In this document: positions 34,409-44,585 of the stretch, one piece after another
How the letters are laid out: each line of letters begins with the position of its first letter
How positions within the stretch are numbered: the first letter of the stretch is position 1
DNA from: Parcubacteria group bacterium
GTDB taxonomy: Bacteria > Patescibacteriota > Microgenomatia > UBA1400 > PJMF01
Length of the DNA: 64,000 nt
Direction: 5' to 3'
Assembly (NCBI GenBank): GCA_943350175.1
Contig: CALQZX010000002.1
Coordinates: forward strand, 2,061-66,060
Notes under the pieces: generated by a model
What the model saw: only the letters and a program-made list of their open reading frames with translations
Databases searched by the model: none
What the model was told of the DNA's origin: nothing
Position numbers and translations under genes: made by a program

Positions 34409-36166
34409 ATGCCAAATAGAAAAACGAAAGCAAGCAGTCCAGATAAATCGCAGCCAAAAATGTTTGCTTTATTGTTGGATTATAAATGGCAAATTAGTCT
34501 ACTGATTTTTCTTAGTTTACTCAGTAACGCACTGAGTTTATTGATTCCAAGAATTGTTGCCAAGGGCATTGATGCGAATGTCACCAGTCAGCTAATTCCT
34601 ACAAATTTAATAATAGAATTTTTGTTGGTTGCCTTTGGAGTTTTTATTTTTACTTATGCTCAAAGCATCGTCCAAAACTATGTCTCAGAACTAGTTGCCA
34701 AAGATTTCCGTCGAAACTTGATTTCAAAAATTGCTAATCAAAGCTATGCCTATGTTCAACAAGTAACTCCATCTGTTTTGCTAACTAATTTAACCTCAGA
34801 TGTGGATGCGATTAAAAATTTTGTCGGTCAGGCTTTCGCCACCATGGTTTCGTCCGTCTTTTTAGTTGTTGGGGCTAGTGTTTTACTTTTAATTACAGAC
34901 TGGAAGCTTGCTCTGATGGTTTTGAGTATTATTCCAGTTATTGCCATTACTTTTGCCATTATTCTGAGCAAAGTCCGCTTGCTTTTTACTAAGTCACAAG
35001 AGGTGATTGATTGGTTAAACAGAGTGATTAACGAAAGTATTCTGGGCGCTGCTTTGATTCGCGTGCTCAATTCAGAGAAGTATGAGTTGATCAAATTTAA
35101 AAAAGCCAACCAAAGTGCCAGAGATTTGAGTCTGCAAATTCTTAATTATTTTGTAACGCTGATTCCGATGATCAGTTTTATGGCGAGTTTGGCAACTTTG
35201 GCAATTTTATTATTTGGAGGTAGATTTGTGATGGCGGGAGATATGACTCTGGGGGATTTCGCTGCTTTTAATAGTTATGTCATGATTTTAATTTTTCCAA
35301 TCATCATGTTTGGATTTATGAGTAGTGTCATCGCTCGCTCTTCAGCTTCTTACGCTCGGGTATCCAAATTAATGTCTACCAAAACCAAAGAAATATTTGG
35401 CACAATTCCAGCTGATTTATCTGGCAAGATTGAATTTAAGCATGTCACGCACAGCTATAACGGCAATAAGGTTTTGAAGGATGTTTCTTTTGTGATTGAG
35501 CCGGGTACGAGAACAGCCATTGTCGGTCCAACGGCGGCTGGAAAATCTCAATTGCTTTATGCTTTGAGTGGCTTGATCAAGCCAGAAGATGGCGAAATTT
35601 TTTACAGTGGGACTAGTATTACTGAATATGAAAAGAATTCCTTTTATGCTCAGTTAGGCTTGGTTTTTCAGGATAGCAGCATTTTTAATCTTTCTCTTCG
35701 AGAAAACATTGCCTTTAGTCAAGCAACTTCAGATAGCGATCTACAAAAAGCAATCAATAGTGCTGAATTGGACGACCTGATTAAATCTTTGCCAAAAAAA
35801 TTAGAGACGATTCTTTCAGAGCGTGGCGCTAGTTTGTCTGGCGGTCAAAAGCAACGCATCATGTTAGCTCGCGCTCTAGCTCTCAATCCAAAAGTTTTAC
35901 TGTTAGACGATTTTACTGCCAGAGTGGATAGCCTTACTGAGCATGCAATTTTGCAGAATATTAAAGACAATTATCCGACTCTGACTTTAATTTCAGTGAC
36001 ACAGAAAATTGCCGCTATTGAAAATTACGATCAAATTATTGTCCTGATGGAAGGTGAAGTGGTGGCTTCCGGAAAGCATCAGTCTCTCCTGGAAACTTCT
36101 CCTGAATACGTGCAATTATTTAATTCTCAGAAAAGTACAGAAAATTATGAATTACGAGTTAAATAG
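34409..36166 (+). CDS. ABC exporter permease/ATPase subunit with a degenerate catalytic site (Walker-B LLLDD, no catalytic Glu)
   Basis: 6 TM + NBD; signature LSGGQKQRIMLARAL. Confidence 0.75.
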   Translation: MPNRKTKASSPDKSQPKMFALLLDYKWQISLLIFLSLLSNALSLLIPRIVAKGIDANVTSQLIPTNLIIEFLLVAFGVFIFTYAQSIVQNYVSELVAKDFRRNLISKIANQSYAYVQQVTPSVLLTNLTSDVDAIKNFVGQAFATMVSSVFLVVGASVLLLITDWKLALMVLSIIPVIAITFAIILSKVRLLFTKSQEVIDWLNRVINESILGAALIRVLNSEKYELIKFKKANQSARDLSLQILNYFVTLIPMISFMASLATLAILLFGGRFVMAGDMTLGDFAAFNSYVMILIFPIIMFGFMSSVIARSSASYARVSKLMSTKTKEIFGTIPADLSGKIEFKHVTHSYNGNKVLKDVSFVIEPGTRTAIVGPTAAGKSQLLYALSGLIKPEDGEIFYSGTSITEYEKNSFYAQLGLVFQDSSIFNLSLRENIAFSQATSDSDLQKAINSAELDDLIKSLPKKLETILSERGASLSGGQKQRIMLARALALNPKVLLLDDFTARVDSLTEHAILQNIKDNYPTLTLISVTQKIAAIENYDQIIVLMEGEVVASGKHQSLLETSPEYVQLFNSQKSTENYELRVK

Positions 36167-37907
36167 TAAGCAGACCGATCGATCATTTTGGCAAACACTC
36201 AAAAGTTTTTGGCCATTTTTTTCTGATCAAAAAAGAAACTTATTTTCTTCGATTGTTTTTCTTTTGGTCAACTCAATTGCTAATTTAGTTTCTCCAATGA
36301 TTATTGGCATTGCCATCGATCAGTATATTCAAAAAAATGATTTTAAAGGTCTGCTGATGATTTCTGGCATATTGCTGATTATCTACGCGATCTCATTAAT
36401 TACTACTTATTACCAGACGAAAATTATGGGGGTAATTGGTCAGCGCTTACTTTATAAGTTGCGCAATGCTGTTTTCAATAAAATTCAAGAATTACCGGTA
36501 GAGTTTTTCAATCTCAATAAGTCTGGTGATTTAATTTCCAGAATTAATAATGACACTGATAAACTCAATCAGTTTTTCTCCCAGTCCCTAATGCGTTTTG
36601 TGGGTAGTTTTTTTATGATGATTGGGACGGCTATTTTTATTCTTTCCATACATTTTCAATTAGGTTTAATGGCTTTAGCTCCAGCCTTATTTTTACTAGT
36701 TTTCACCAAATTAGTCTCAGCTTGGGTGAAACGTCAAAATGCCGTCAACCTCAAAGCAGTGGGCAGTATGAGCGCTGAGATTCAAGAAAGCCTGGATAAC
36801 TTTAAGGTAATCGTGGCTTTCAATCGTCGAGAATTTTTCAGGGACAAATTTGCTGATGTTAATCAGGAAAATTTTAGCTCATCAATTAAAGCTGGCTACG
36901 CCAATAATATCTTTACGCCAGTCTATGGTTTGGCGGCTAATTTGGCACAAATTCTGGTTTTATTTTATGGTATTTACTTGATTAGCATTGGTAATTTTAC
37001 TGTTGGTTTATTAATTAGTTATATTTCTTACATCAGTCGTTTTTACGACCCCATTAGACAAATTGCTGGCATGTGGTCTGCATTTCAGGTCGCTTTAGCA
37101 GGCTGGGATCGCATTTCTGCTATTCTTTCTTTGGAATCAAATTTGCCTCTACTTTCTGAAAGTAAAAAACAACTAAAAAAGGCAGATTTATCTGTTCTTT
37201 CTTTTCAAAATGTTTCTTTTCGTTACAGCAATGGAGAAGAAGTTCTGCATAAAATTAGTTTTGAATTAGAAAGAGGTAAAACCTATGCTCTGGTCGGTCC
37301 CACAGGAGGTGGTAAAACGACAACGGCTTCTTTAATGGCGCGTTTATATGATCCAACAGCTGGCGAAGTTTTGTTGAATGGACAAGATATTCGTTCTTAC
37401 ACCATAGAAGAGCGTGCACAAAAAATTGGGTTTATTCTGCAGGAACCATTCTTATTTTCTGGCAATATTCGCGAGAACATTCTTTATGGCAATGAGCGCT
37501 ACAGTAAATATTCTAATGAAGAACTTGGTAAAATTTTGAGCGAACATCATCTGGAAAGATTGCTGGCTCGTTTTGATCGTGGATTAGAAACTCCAGTTGT
37601 GGGCAGTGGCGACTCGATTAGTCTTGGACAACGTCAATTAATCGCTTTCATGCGTGCGGTTTTGCGAGATCCAGAGCTATTGATTTTAGATGAAGCCACC
37701 GCCAATGTTGACACTGTTACAGAGCAATTACTCGAGGATATTTTAGATACTTTATCATCAACAACCACCAAAGTAATCATTGCTCATCGCTTAAATACTA
37801 TTGAAAATGCAGATCAAATCTTTTTTATTAACAGTGGCAGAGTGATTCTAGCCGGCTCACTAGAACATGCTTTGTCTATGTTGCTGAAGCAAAAGAGAAG
37901 TAGCTAA
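36147..37907 (+). CDS. ABC exporter permease/ATPase subunit, canonical site (LLILDEATANVD)
   Basis: 6 TM + NBD; Walker A GPTGGGKTT; start overlaps the partner gene by 20 nt. Confidence 0.75.
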   Translation: MNYELNSKQTDRSFWQTLKSFWPFFSDQKRNLFSSIVFLLVNSIANLVSPMIIGIAIDQYIQKNDFKGLLMISGILLIIYAISLITTYYQTKIMGVIGQRLLYKLRNAVFNKIQELPVEFFNLNKSGDLISRINNDTDKLNQFFSQSLMRFVGSFFMMIGTAIFILSIHFQLGLMALAPALFLLVFTKLVSAWVKRQNAVNLKAVGSMSAEIQESLDNFKVIVAFNRREFFRDKFADVNQENFSSSIKAGYANNIFTPVYGLAANLAQILVLFYGIYLISIGNFTVGLLISYISYISRFYDPIRQIAGMWSAFQVALAGWDRISAILSLESNLPLLSESKKQLKKADLSVLSFQNVSFRYSNGEEVLHKISFELERGKTYALVGPTGGGKTTTASLMARLYDPTAGEVLLNGQDIRSYTIEERAQKIGFILQEPFLFSGNIRENILYGNERYSKYSNEELGKILSEHHLERLLARFDRGLETPVVGSGDSISLGQRQLIAFMRAVLRDPELLILDEATANVDTVTEQLLEDILDTLSSTTTKVIIAHRLNTIENADQIFFINSGRVILAGSLEHALSMLLKQKRSS

Positions 37908-37908
37908 T

Positions 37909-38643
37909 TTATTTTAGTTGACTGATTAAAATTCCAAAGCTCACTGCCACGTTCAGCGATTCAGCTTGGCCGTATTTGGGAATACTCAGCGATCTGTCTG
38001 CTAATTCATCAATTTCTCTAGAAGTGCCTTGAGATTCATTGCCAAAAACTAGAGCAATTTTATCGCCAAGTTTGCTTTTTTCTTGTTTCGCGCCAGCAAG
38101 TTCTGGTCTGGTAACTACCACCTCAAAACCACTTTTTTTCAATGACGAGAGGTCTTCTACCGGATTTTGGCTGCTGACTACTGGGATATGAAATATAGAG
38201 CCCATGCTAGAACGAACTACTTTGGATTGATAAGGATCAGCTCCGCCAAGTAATAAAATGCCATCCAAACCGAACCAGTCGGCGGTCCTAATCATGGTGC
38301 CTAAATTGCCTGGGTCACGAATGTCTTCAAGCACAGCGATAAATTTACCTTTTTCAAGATCTGCCAGACTATAGCTAGGCATTCTCACTACAGCAGCAAT
38401 TCCGGATGGAGTGACGGTTTCAGCTAATCTAGCAAAATCGCGATCATCAACAATTAGTTTTTCTTGATTTTCACCAAAGTCTTCTTCAAAGCTAGCAAAT
38501 TGTCTGGTCATGACCAACTCAATGATCTCTTTTCCGGACGCAATGGCATCAAGCACGCCTTTCTTGCCTTCAACAATAAAACAGCCATATTCGCTGCGAT
38601 ATTTCTTTTGATTGAGTTTAGAAATGATTTTAAGACCAAACAT
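37909..38643 (-). CDS. TrmH/SpoU-family RNA 2'-O-methyltransferase
   Basis: SPOUT motifs LVFGNESQG and PKYGQAESLNVAVSFGILI. Confidence 0.7.
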   Translation of the reverse strand: MFGLKIISKLNQKKYRSEYGCFIVEGKKGVLDAIASGKEIIELVMTRQFASFEEDFGENQEKLIVDDRDFARLAETVTPSGIAAVVRMPSYSLADLEKGKFIAVLEDIRDPGNLGTMIRTADWFGLDGILLLGGADPYQSKVVRSSMGSIFHIPVVSSQNPVEDLSSLKKSGFEVVVTRPELAGAKQEKSKLGDKIALVFGNESQGTSREIDELADRSLSIPKYGQAESLNVAVSFGILISQLK

Positions 38644-38858
38644 ATGATAACGAATCAGACAAATTAATCAGTCACGCTTCACTAAAATTGCTTGCTTATT
38701 TAAGTTGACAATCTTTGTTTCGCTCGAAGAAGTCGCTGTCTCAGTTCATTCTTTATCCATTAAAGTTTATTTGCAGCGCCTTCTACGGACTTATTAAATC
38801 GTCTAATTCTCCATTAATAAATAAAGAATTAGATTTTTTATGATATATTTTATTATAT

Positions 38859-39578
38859 ATGATAGCTAAAGAAATTAACGCCCCATCTGACAGAATAAAA
38901 ATCGAATCTTGTGAAACAGCTGAGAAAGCTATTAATTTAGCTGCAAAAAAACTAATTGACAGTCTAGAAAGTGCTCTCTCTAGCAATAAAATGATTCTTC
39001 TCATGCTCTCAGGTGGTTCAAATTTAAAGATACTCGATCTGGTGCCAAAAGAACTATTAGATAATCCTGGAATTACAATTTATGTTCTGGATGAACGTTT
39101 TTCTAGCGATCTAGCCTTAAATAATTCTCTCCAGATTAAAGAAAAAGGCGTAAATATCAACCTAACCGTGCCAGATCATGAAGAATCTCTTGAAGCTTTT
39201 GCTTCCAGATTTAATGATGAGTTGAGGCTTTGGTTGAATCAAAATCCAGATGGAGAGCTAATTGCCACTCTTGGTATGGGTCCAGATGGTCATATGGCAG
39301 GTATTTCTCCTATGCCTGAAGATCAAAGCAAATTTGATGCAACTTTTAATCAAGAAAAATTAGCAATTGGTTATGTCGGCAATTTATCTCCAGCAGAAAG
39401 AGTGACGGTTTCACCAGCTTTTCTAGCCAGAATTAATTTATTCATTACTCTAATTACTGGAGAGCCAAAAAGAGAAGCTTTCAAAAATTTTATTAATAGA
39501 AAGACAAAGCCAAATGTTCATCCTATCCAACTTTTACATGAATTTCTTGGCAAAACAATAATTTTTACTGATTTATGA
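38859..39578 (+). CDS. pgl: 6-phosphogluconolactonase (NagB/DevB family)
   Basis: LMLSGGSN and ATLGMGPDGHMAGI motifs. Confidence 0.65.
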   Translation: MIAKEINAPSDRIKIESCETAEKAINLAAKKLIDSLESALSSNKMILLMLSGGSNLKILDLVPKELLDNPGITIYVLDERFSSDLALNNSLQIKEKGVNINLTVPDHEESLEAFASRFNDELRLWLNQNPDGELIATLGMGPDGHMAGISPMPEDQSKFDATFNQEKLAIGYVGNLSPAERVTVSPAFLARINLFITLITGEPKREAFKNFINRKTKPNVHPIQLLHEFLGKTIIFTDL

Positions 39579-39591
39579 TAAACTCATAATT

Positions 39592-40491
39592 ATGAAAATC
39601 GCTTACATCGGTCTTGGCAAAATGGGTAAAAATATGGTCCTGCGCTTGCTTGAACAGGGCATGGATTTAGTGGTTTGGAATCGTTCTCCTGAGCCTGTCA
39701 AAGAAGTTGTTGCTGCTGGGGCTACTTCTGCTAGCAACTTTGCAGATCTGCTCAAAGCCTTGCCAGAGCGCAGAGTGATTTGGCTGATGCTCACTGCCGG
39801 TCAAGTCACTGATCAGATAATCAATGAATTATTGCCTCATTTGAAAAGTGGCGATCTGTTGATTGATGGCGGCAATTCTTTCTATAAAGATACTATTCGT
39901 CGCTCGAGTGAATTAGCCAAAAAAGGCATCAGCTATCTAGACATTGGTGTTTCTGGCGGGCCTGGTGGAGCTAGAAGTGGTGCTTGTATGATGGCTGGTG
40001 GTAATAAAGCCGACTACGACTATGTTTTACCAGTCATTAAGGCTGCTTGTTCTCAAGATGCTTATGGTTGTGTGGGTGGCAGTGGTGCGGGTCATTTTGT
40101 CAAAATGATCCACAACGGCATTGAATACGGCATGATGCAAGCCATTGCTGAGGGAGCTGCCGTTCTAGAAAAGAGCCCACTCAAGCCTGATTTAGCGGAA
40201 GTTTTCCGTATTTATAACAATAGAACTGTGATTGAATCCAGATTAATCAACTGGGCAAGAGAAGCCTTTGAAGAAAACCCTAAGTTAGAAAACATTTCTT
40301 CAGTCATTGCTCACACTGGAGAAGGTGAATGGACAGTGGCCGCTGCCAAAGAACTTGGCATTGCAGTGCCAATTATTGAGGAATCTTTTCAAGTTAGAGT
40401 TAATTCGAGCCAAGAACCAGAGAATTTCCGTAATAAAGTTGTTTCAATCTTACGCAATAAATTTGGTCATCACAAAGTGACCAAGGATTAA
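39592..40491 (+). CDS. gnd: 6-phosphogluconate dehydrogenase, short (~300 aa) form
   Basis: Rossmann AYIGLGKMGKNM; GGNSFYKDTIRR and DIGVSGG. Confidence 0.7.
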   Translation: MKIAYIGLGKMGKNMVLRLLEQGMDLVVWNRSPEPVKEVVAAGATSASNFADLLKALPERRVIWLMLTAGQVTDQIINELLPHLKSGDLLIDGGNSFYKDTIRRSSELAKKGISYLDIGVSGGPGGARSGACMMAGGNKADYDYVLPVIKAACSQDAYGCVGGSGAGHFVKMIHNGIEYGMMQAIAEGAAVLEKSPLKPDLAEVFRIYNNRTVIESRLINWAREAFEENPKLENISSVIAHTGEGEWTVAAAKELGIAVPIIEESFQVRVNSSQEPENFRNKVVSILRNKFGHHKVTKD

Positions 40492-40503
40492 TTCTTTGGT
40501 TTT

Positions 40504-41937
40504 CTAAAAAGAACAAAAGCCAATTGATGGCTCAATCCATTTCCTACCGTCTTTTTCGATGATTTCGTTGGCTTGTTCTGGTCCCCAGCTGCCTGGTTTG
40601 TAACTAAATAGTTCTTTACGCTCTGCAATAAGTGGATCGATAAATTGCCACTGAGCTTCCACTTCCTCTGCGTCAACGAAGAAAGTTTGGTCGCCACGCA
40701 AGGCGTCATTGAGCAATCTCAAATATGGATCGGGCAGAGTGGCGGCAGTGTGTTTGTAACAATATTGCATGTACTCATTTTGTATTTTAAATTCTGGTCC
40801 AGGGATCTTTGAAGAAAAGCGAAAGACAATGCCTTCATTTGGTTGGATACGATAAATCAACATATTTGGATCATCGCCGCCAACGACGTTGGAGAACAAA
40901 TGCTTGGCTTCGTTCTTAAAAACAATGGCAATCTCAGTTACCATTCTTGGTAGAAGTTTACCGGCTCGGACATAAATTGGCACGCCTTTGAAGCGTTCAT
41001 TATTAATCTGAGTACGAAAAGCGAAAAAGGTATCATTTTTAGAATCCTTGGCAACATCTTTTTCATTAAGATAGCCTTCATATTGACCAAAAATTAAGCG
41101 ATCTGTCTCCGGAACTAGTTGCTTAAGAAGCTCGGTTCTTTTGTTGGTCACACTCAGGTTGTCAAAAGATTTTGGTGCCTCCATAGTAGCCAAAGCAATC
41201 ATTTGTAGGATGTGATTTTGACCCACATCCTTGAGTGCTCCGACGCTATCATAATAACCGCCACGCATGCCAATACCAAAGTCTTCAGCAGCAGTAATTT
41301 GGATGTGATCAATATTATCTTTGTTGATCAGCGGCTCAAATAAATTATTGGCAAATCTGAAAGTCAATAAATTTTGCAGTGTCTCTCTGCCAAGATAGTG
41401 ATCCAGGCGGAAAATTTGATCTTCTTTGTAATAACTAGCTAGTAGTTGATTTAATTTTTGAGCTGATGGCAGGTCAGAACCAATTGGTTTTTCAACAATA
41501 ACTCTGACGTAGCCACAGTCTTGATTGTTCAAACCACTTTCCTGCAAATGATTAAAAACAGTTGGATAAAGCTCTGGATATGTGGCTAGGTAAAACATGC
41601 GATTGCTGCAAGATTCGTTTTCCTTTGTTAGATTAGCCAACTTGTCATAAAGTTCTCTTTGAGCGATGTCGCCAGAGACATAAAGCATTCTGTCCAGTAG
41701 ATTCTTAGCAACCTCATCCTTAATTGGATGTTGGTGATGGCGATTTGGTTTGTGCAAAACATCATTTGAGTAAGCACGGAATTCTTCGTGTGAAAGTTCT
41801 TTGCGACCAATGCCGATAATGGACATTTTCTCTGGTAATAAATTGGCTTCGACCAAATCATAGAGAGCCGGAATTAGTTTGAGTTGAGCCAAATTACCAG
41901 TGGCACCAAAGATGATGAGAGAGAAAGATTCTTGCAT
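40504..41937 (-). CDS. zwf: glucose-6-phosphate 1-dehydrogenase
   Basis: IFGATGNLA dinucleotide motif and RLDHYLGRE; start chosen at the MQESF ATG (track extends to 41988). Confidence 0.85.
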   Translation of the reverse strand: MQESFSLIIFGATGNLAQLKLIPALYDLVEANLLPEKMSIIGIGRKELSHEEFRAYSNDVLHKPNRHHQHPIKDEVAKNLLDRMLYVSGDIAQRELYDKLANLTKENESCSNRMFYLATYPELYPTVFNHLQESGLNNQDCGYVRVIVEKPIGSDLPSAQKLNQLLASYYKEDQIFRLDHYLGRETLQNLLTFRFANNLFEPLINKDNIDHIQITAAEDFGIGMRGGYYDSVGALKDVGQNHILQMIALATMEAPKSFDNLSVTNKRTELLKQLVPETDRLIFGQYEGYLNEKDVAKDSKNDTFFAFRTQINNERFKGVPIYVRAGKLLPRMVTEIAIVFKNEAKHLFSNVVGGDDPNMLIYRIQPNEGIVFRFSSKIPGPEFKIQNEYMQYCYKHTAATLPDPYLRLLNDALRGDQTFFVDAEEVEAQWQFIDPLIAERKELFSYKPGSWGPEQANEIIEKDGRKWIEPSIGFCSF

Positions 41938-41986
41938 GTTTTTATGGTTTTCTATTGTTACCTTATGCATTAGAATAGCATGAGTC

Positions 41987-42400
41987 ATGTCAAAAAAAAT
42001 AAATAGATTTACTACCTTAGTGCTCTTCTTAATTGTGGCTGGTGTTTTTATTTTCAGCAGAAAACCAACTCAAGAAGTCTCGCCAAAACCAGCTATTGAA
42101 CAACAAGCAGAGGCGTCTCCAACTCCAACGCCAGAAGCTGCAGAGCAAAAACAAAGCTACGAATTCACAGCCACGCTCTCGGGTCAGATCGCCTTGGATT
42201 TGGTGCAGAGTCAAGTCAAATTAGATCTTAAAGAATATGATTTTGGCATAATGGTTGAGGGCATCAATTCTCTCAAAGCAGACGTTAATCATTATTGGGC
42301 GCTTTATCAAGACGGTGATTATGCCAAGGTAGGAATTGCTGACATCAAATTGGAAAAAGGTGAGAAGATAGAGCTCAAATATGAAGAAATCACATTATAA
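41987..42400 (+). CDS. secreted/anchored DUF4430-like protein
   Basis: signal anchor, Pro/Ala/Glu linker, beta-rich C-domain. Confidence 0.4.
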   Translation: MSKKINRFTTLVLFLIVAGVFIFSRKPTQEVSPKPAIEQQAEASPTPTPEAAEQKQSYEFTATLSGQIALDLVQSQVKLDLKEYDFGIMVEGINSLKADVNHYWALYQDGDYAKVGIADIKLEKGEKIELKYEEITL

Positions 42401-42872
42401 ATTGAGCGATCTGATCGCAGCGAGTCTAACCTATATTTCTAGATTTAGTCTTTTGCCAGCCAATGTTTCACCACTTGGCGCTTATGGTTTTTTTGGTGGC
42501 CAGCCTTTATTTTACTTTTTATCTATCTTAGCTTTTGATTTTTTCAAAGGTGGATTTTATCAAGGTTTCCTGTGGACTTACTTGGGCTTCGCCGCTTATC
42601 CGCTTTTTGCCTTATTGGCTAGAAAATCCATCAAACGTCAGCTTTTCCTTTTACCTTTGGCCTCCCTCACCTTTTTCTTATTGTCTAACTTTGGAGTTTT
42701 CTTTGCCTGGTATAGCCATGATTTACAAGGTTTCTTAACTTGTTATGCGCTGGCTTTGCCTTTTTATACACGAACTTTAATAGGTGATTTATTTTTTGGC
42801 TACGGCTACGTTCTACTTCGCCAAATCAAAAGAATTGCTATTTCAAGCTCTTCGCGCTATAATATCCTATAA
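42381..42872 (+). CDS. small polytopic membrane protein (possible ECF-transporter S-component-like)
   Basis: 5 hydrophobic segments; overlaps the previous gene. Confidence 0.35.
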   Translation: MKKSHYKLSDLIAASLTYISRFSLLPANVSPLGAYGFFGGQPLFYFLSILAFDFFKGGFYQGFLWTYLGFAAYPLFALLARKSIKRQLFLLPLASLTFFLLSNFGVFFAWYSHDLQGFLTCYALALPFYTRTLIGDLFFGYGYVLLRQIKRIAISSSSRYNIL

Positions 42873-43696
42873 TGTTTACAAAAAAGACTGGATTTAAGTC
42901 TTATAAGAAGGCTCCCAGTAAATTTTTATTTCATCAAGCTAGAAGCCTAAAAAATTTGGCTATGGTTTGTTTTGCCTTGAGTTTTGTTTTCCTCATTTCC
43001 AGTAATCCTTACAGTGCTTATGAAGACTTTAAGAATATATTAGCTAATCCAAAAGAAATAAAAAATATAATCACTAGCATTCCAGAATTTATCCAAGCTT
43101 TGCCAAATGAAGCAGAAAAAAACAGTTTTGCCTTTTTTGATTGGACAAAAGCTCAACTTAACAGCTCTGAATCAATCTTCGCCAAAGAAACTGTTTTGGT
43201 AGATAAAGAGGCCGGCCAAAGTGCCGTCGCTCCTACTAAGGTAGAAAAAGATTACGCTAGCTTGCCATTTTCTATTGAAATTCCAAAATTAAACGTCAAT
43301 GAAAAAGTTCATGCCAATGTCAATCCAAATAACGTCAAAGAATATGAAGCTGCCTTGCAAGAAGGCGTCGCTCATGCTCTAGGCTCAGCTTTTCCAGGAC
43401 AAGATAAAATGATTTATATTTTTGGTCATTCCACCGATGGGGTTTGGAACGTTGAAGCTTTTAATGCGGTTTTTTACCAGATCAAGGATCTACAGATTGG
43501 CGATCAAATCATTCTACATCTAGGTGAAGAAAAATTTGATTATGTAGTTAGTGCTCAAAATATCGTGAAGAGTAGTGAGGTTGATTTCGTGAATAATCTC
43601 AAAGACGAAAAGATTTTACTTCTACAAACTTGTTGGCCTCCAGGAACTTCTTGGCAGAGATTGTTTGTCACAGCAGTGCCAGTTGAGAATAAATAA
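42872..43696 (+). CDS. sortase-family transpeptidase
   Basis: N-terminal TM; His in IFGHSTDG; catalytic Cys in LLQTCWP (TLxTC-type). Confidence 0.6.
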   Translation: MFTKKTGFKSYKKAPSKFLFHQARSLKNLAMVCFALSFVFLISSNPYSAYEDFKNILANPKEIKNIITSIPEFIQALPNEAEKNSFAFFDWTKAQLNSSESIFAKETVLVDKEAGQSAVAPTKVEKDYASLPFSIEIPKLNVNEKVHANVNPNNVKEYEAALQEGVAHALGSAFPGQDKMIYIFGHSTDGVWNVEAFNAVFYQIKDLQIGDQIILHLGEEKFDYVVSAQNIVKSSEVDFVNNLKDEKILLLQTCWPPGTSWQRLFVTAVPVENK

Positions 43697-43706
43697 TCCT
43701 ATAACA

Positions 43707-43735
43707 TTGACAATCTACAGTTATAAGTATATAAT
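43707..43735 (+). promoter_or_regulatory. sigma70 promoter TTGACA-17-TATAAT; ORF-track ATG 43744 lies ~8 nt downstream (possible leaderless start)
   Basis: consensus hexamers; shares the extended motif CCTATAACATTGACAA with 46640-46655. Confidence 0.5.
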
Positions 43736-43776
43736 AGTCGCTCATGAAAACTACAACTAATAAAGTCGGAACTAAT

Positions 43777-44457
43777 ATGAAAAAAATTGTTTCTTATTTA
43801 TTGATCGTAACAGGTTTCTTCTTGTTTTTCGCTAACCTGGCCAATGCCAAGGAATGCCGCACTGTTTATGGTGGCGGTGAAGTCTGCGAAACCGGAGATT
43901 TAAGTTTAGATAAAAAAGTTTTCAATCCCAAAGCTAACGAATACTGGGATAACATTGACAGCAAAGACTATGTTTTTGCTCCAGGAGAAGAAGTTAAGTT
44001 TAGCTTGCGTATCAAGAACATTTCTAATATCAAAGTTGATAGCGCAAGTATAAATGATGATTTTGATCGTCTTGATGACTATATGGTCTATGTTAGCAGT
44101 GACAAAGGTGATTACCGCGCAGCGGTTACTGACTATAAAGTCAAATTTGCCTTTGGTGGTTTAAATCCAGGTGAAGAAGTAACTGTTTACTTCGTCTCCC
44201 GTTTTAAGAATGCAGGTGAGTTGCCAGTTGGTACTACTTGTATTACTAACGCCGCTCACGCTTATTCTCATATCGATGCTGCAAGTGATAGTGATTATGC
44301 TAGCTTCTGTGTCAAAACAGAAAACGGCAAAATTGTCACAAAAACCACTCCAAGCACTGGTCTTGATTTGAGCAACATTCTAGTCCTAGAAGCTTTGGCT
44401 TTTGCCGGAATTGGTTCAATCGCTTGGGCCAAGGCTAAATCTTTAGCTAAAAAATAA
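43777..44457 (+). CDS. surface protein with C-terminal cell-wall-sorting-like signal (TPSTGLD + TM + KAKSLAKK)
   Basis: signal peptide; C-terminal tripartite sorting-signal architecture; immediately downstream of the sortase. Confidence 0.55.
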   Translation: MKKIVSYLLIVTGFFLFFANLANAKECRTVYGGGEVCETGDLSLDKKVFNPKANEYWDNIDSKDYVFAPGEEVKFSLRIKNISNIKVDSASINDDFDRLDDYMVYVSSDKGDYRAAVTDYKVKFAFGGLNPGEEVTVYFVSRFKNAGELPVGTTCITNAAHAYSHIDAASDSDYASFCVKTENGKIVTKTTPSTGLDLSNILVLEALAFAGIGSIAWAKAKSLAKK

Positions 44458-44483
44458 TCTTTTTAAATTGATTTGAAATTAAA

Positions 44484-44508
44484 CCCTGTCTTTATGGCGG
44501 GGTTTTTG
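44484..44508 (+). terminator. intrinsic terminator CCCUGUC-UUUAU-GGCGGGG + U5
   Basis: 7-bp stem including G-U pairs then T-run. Confidence 0.45.
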
Positions 44509-44518
44509 GTATTATTTA

Positions 44519-44547
44519 TTGACAGTTAGAACGAAGTAAGTTATATT
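44519..44547 (+). promoter_or_regulatory. promoter-like TTGACA-17-TATATT pointing antisense into the DUF3800 gene
   Basis: hexamers read directly; downstream only a G6-T8 tract and a low-complexity antisense ORF. Confidence 0.3.
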
Positions 44548-44585
44548 GACAATTGAAGCCTACTGCGAATGCGGGGGGCTTTTTT

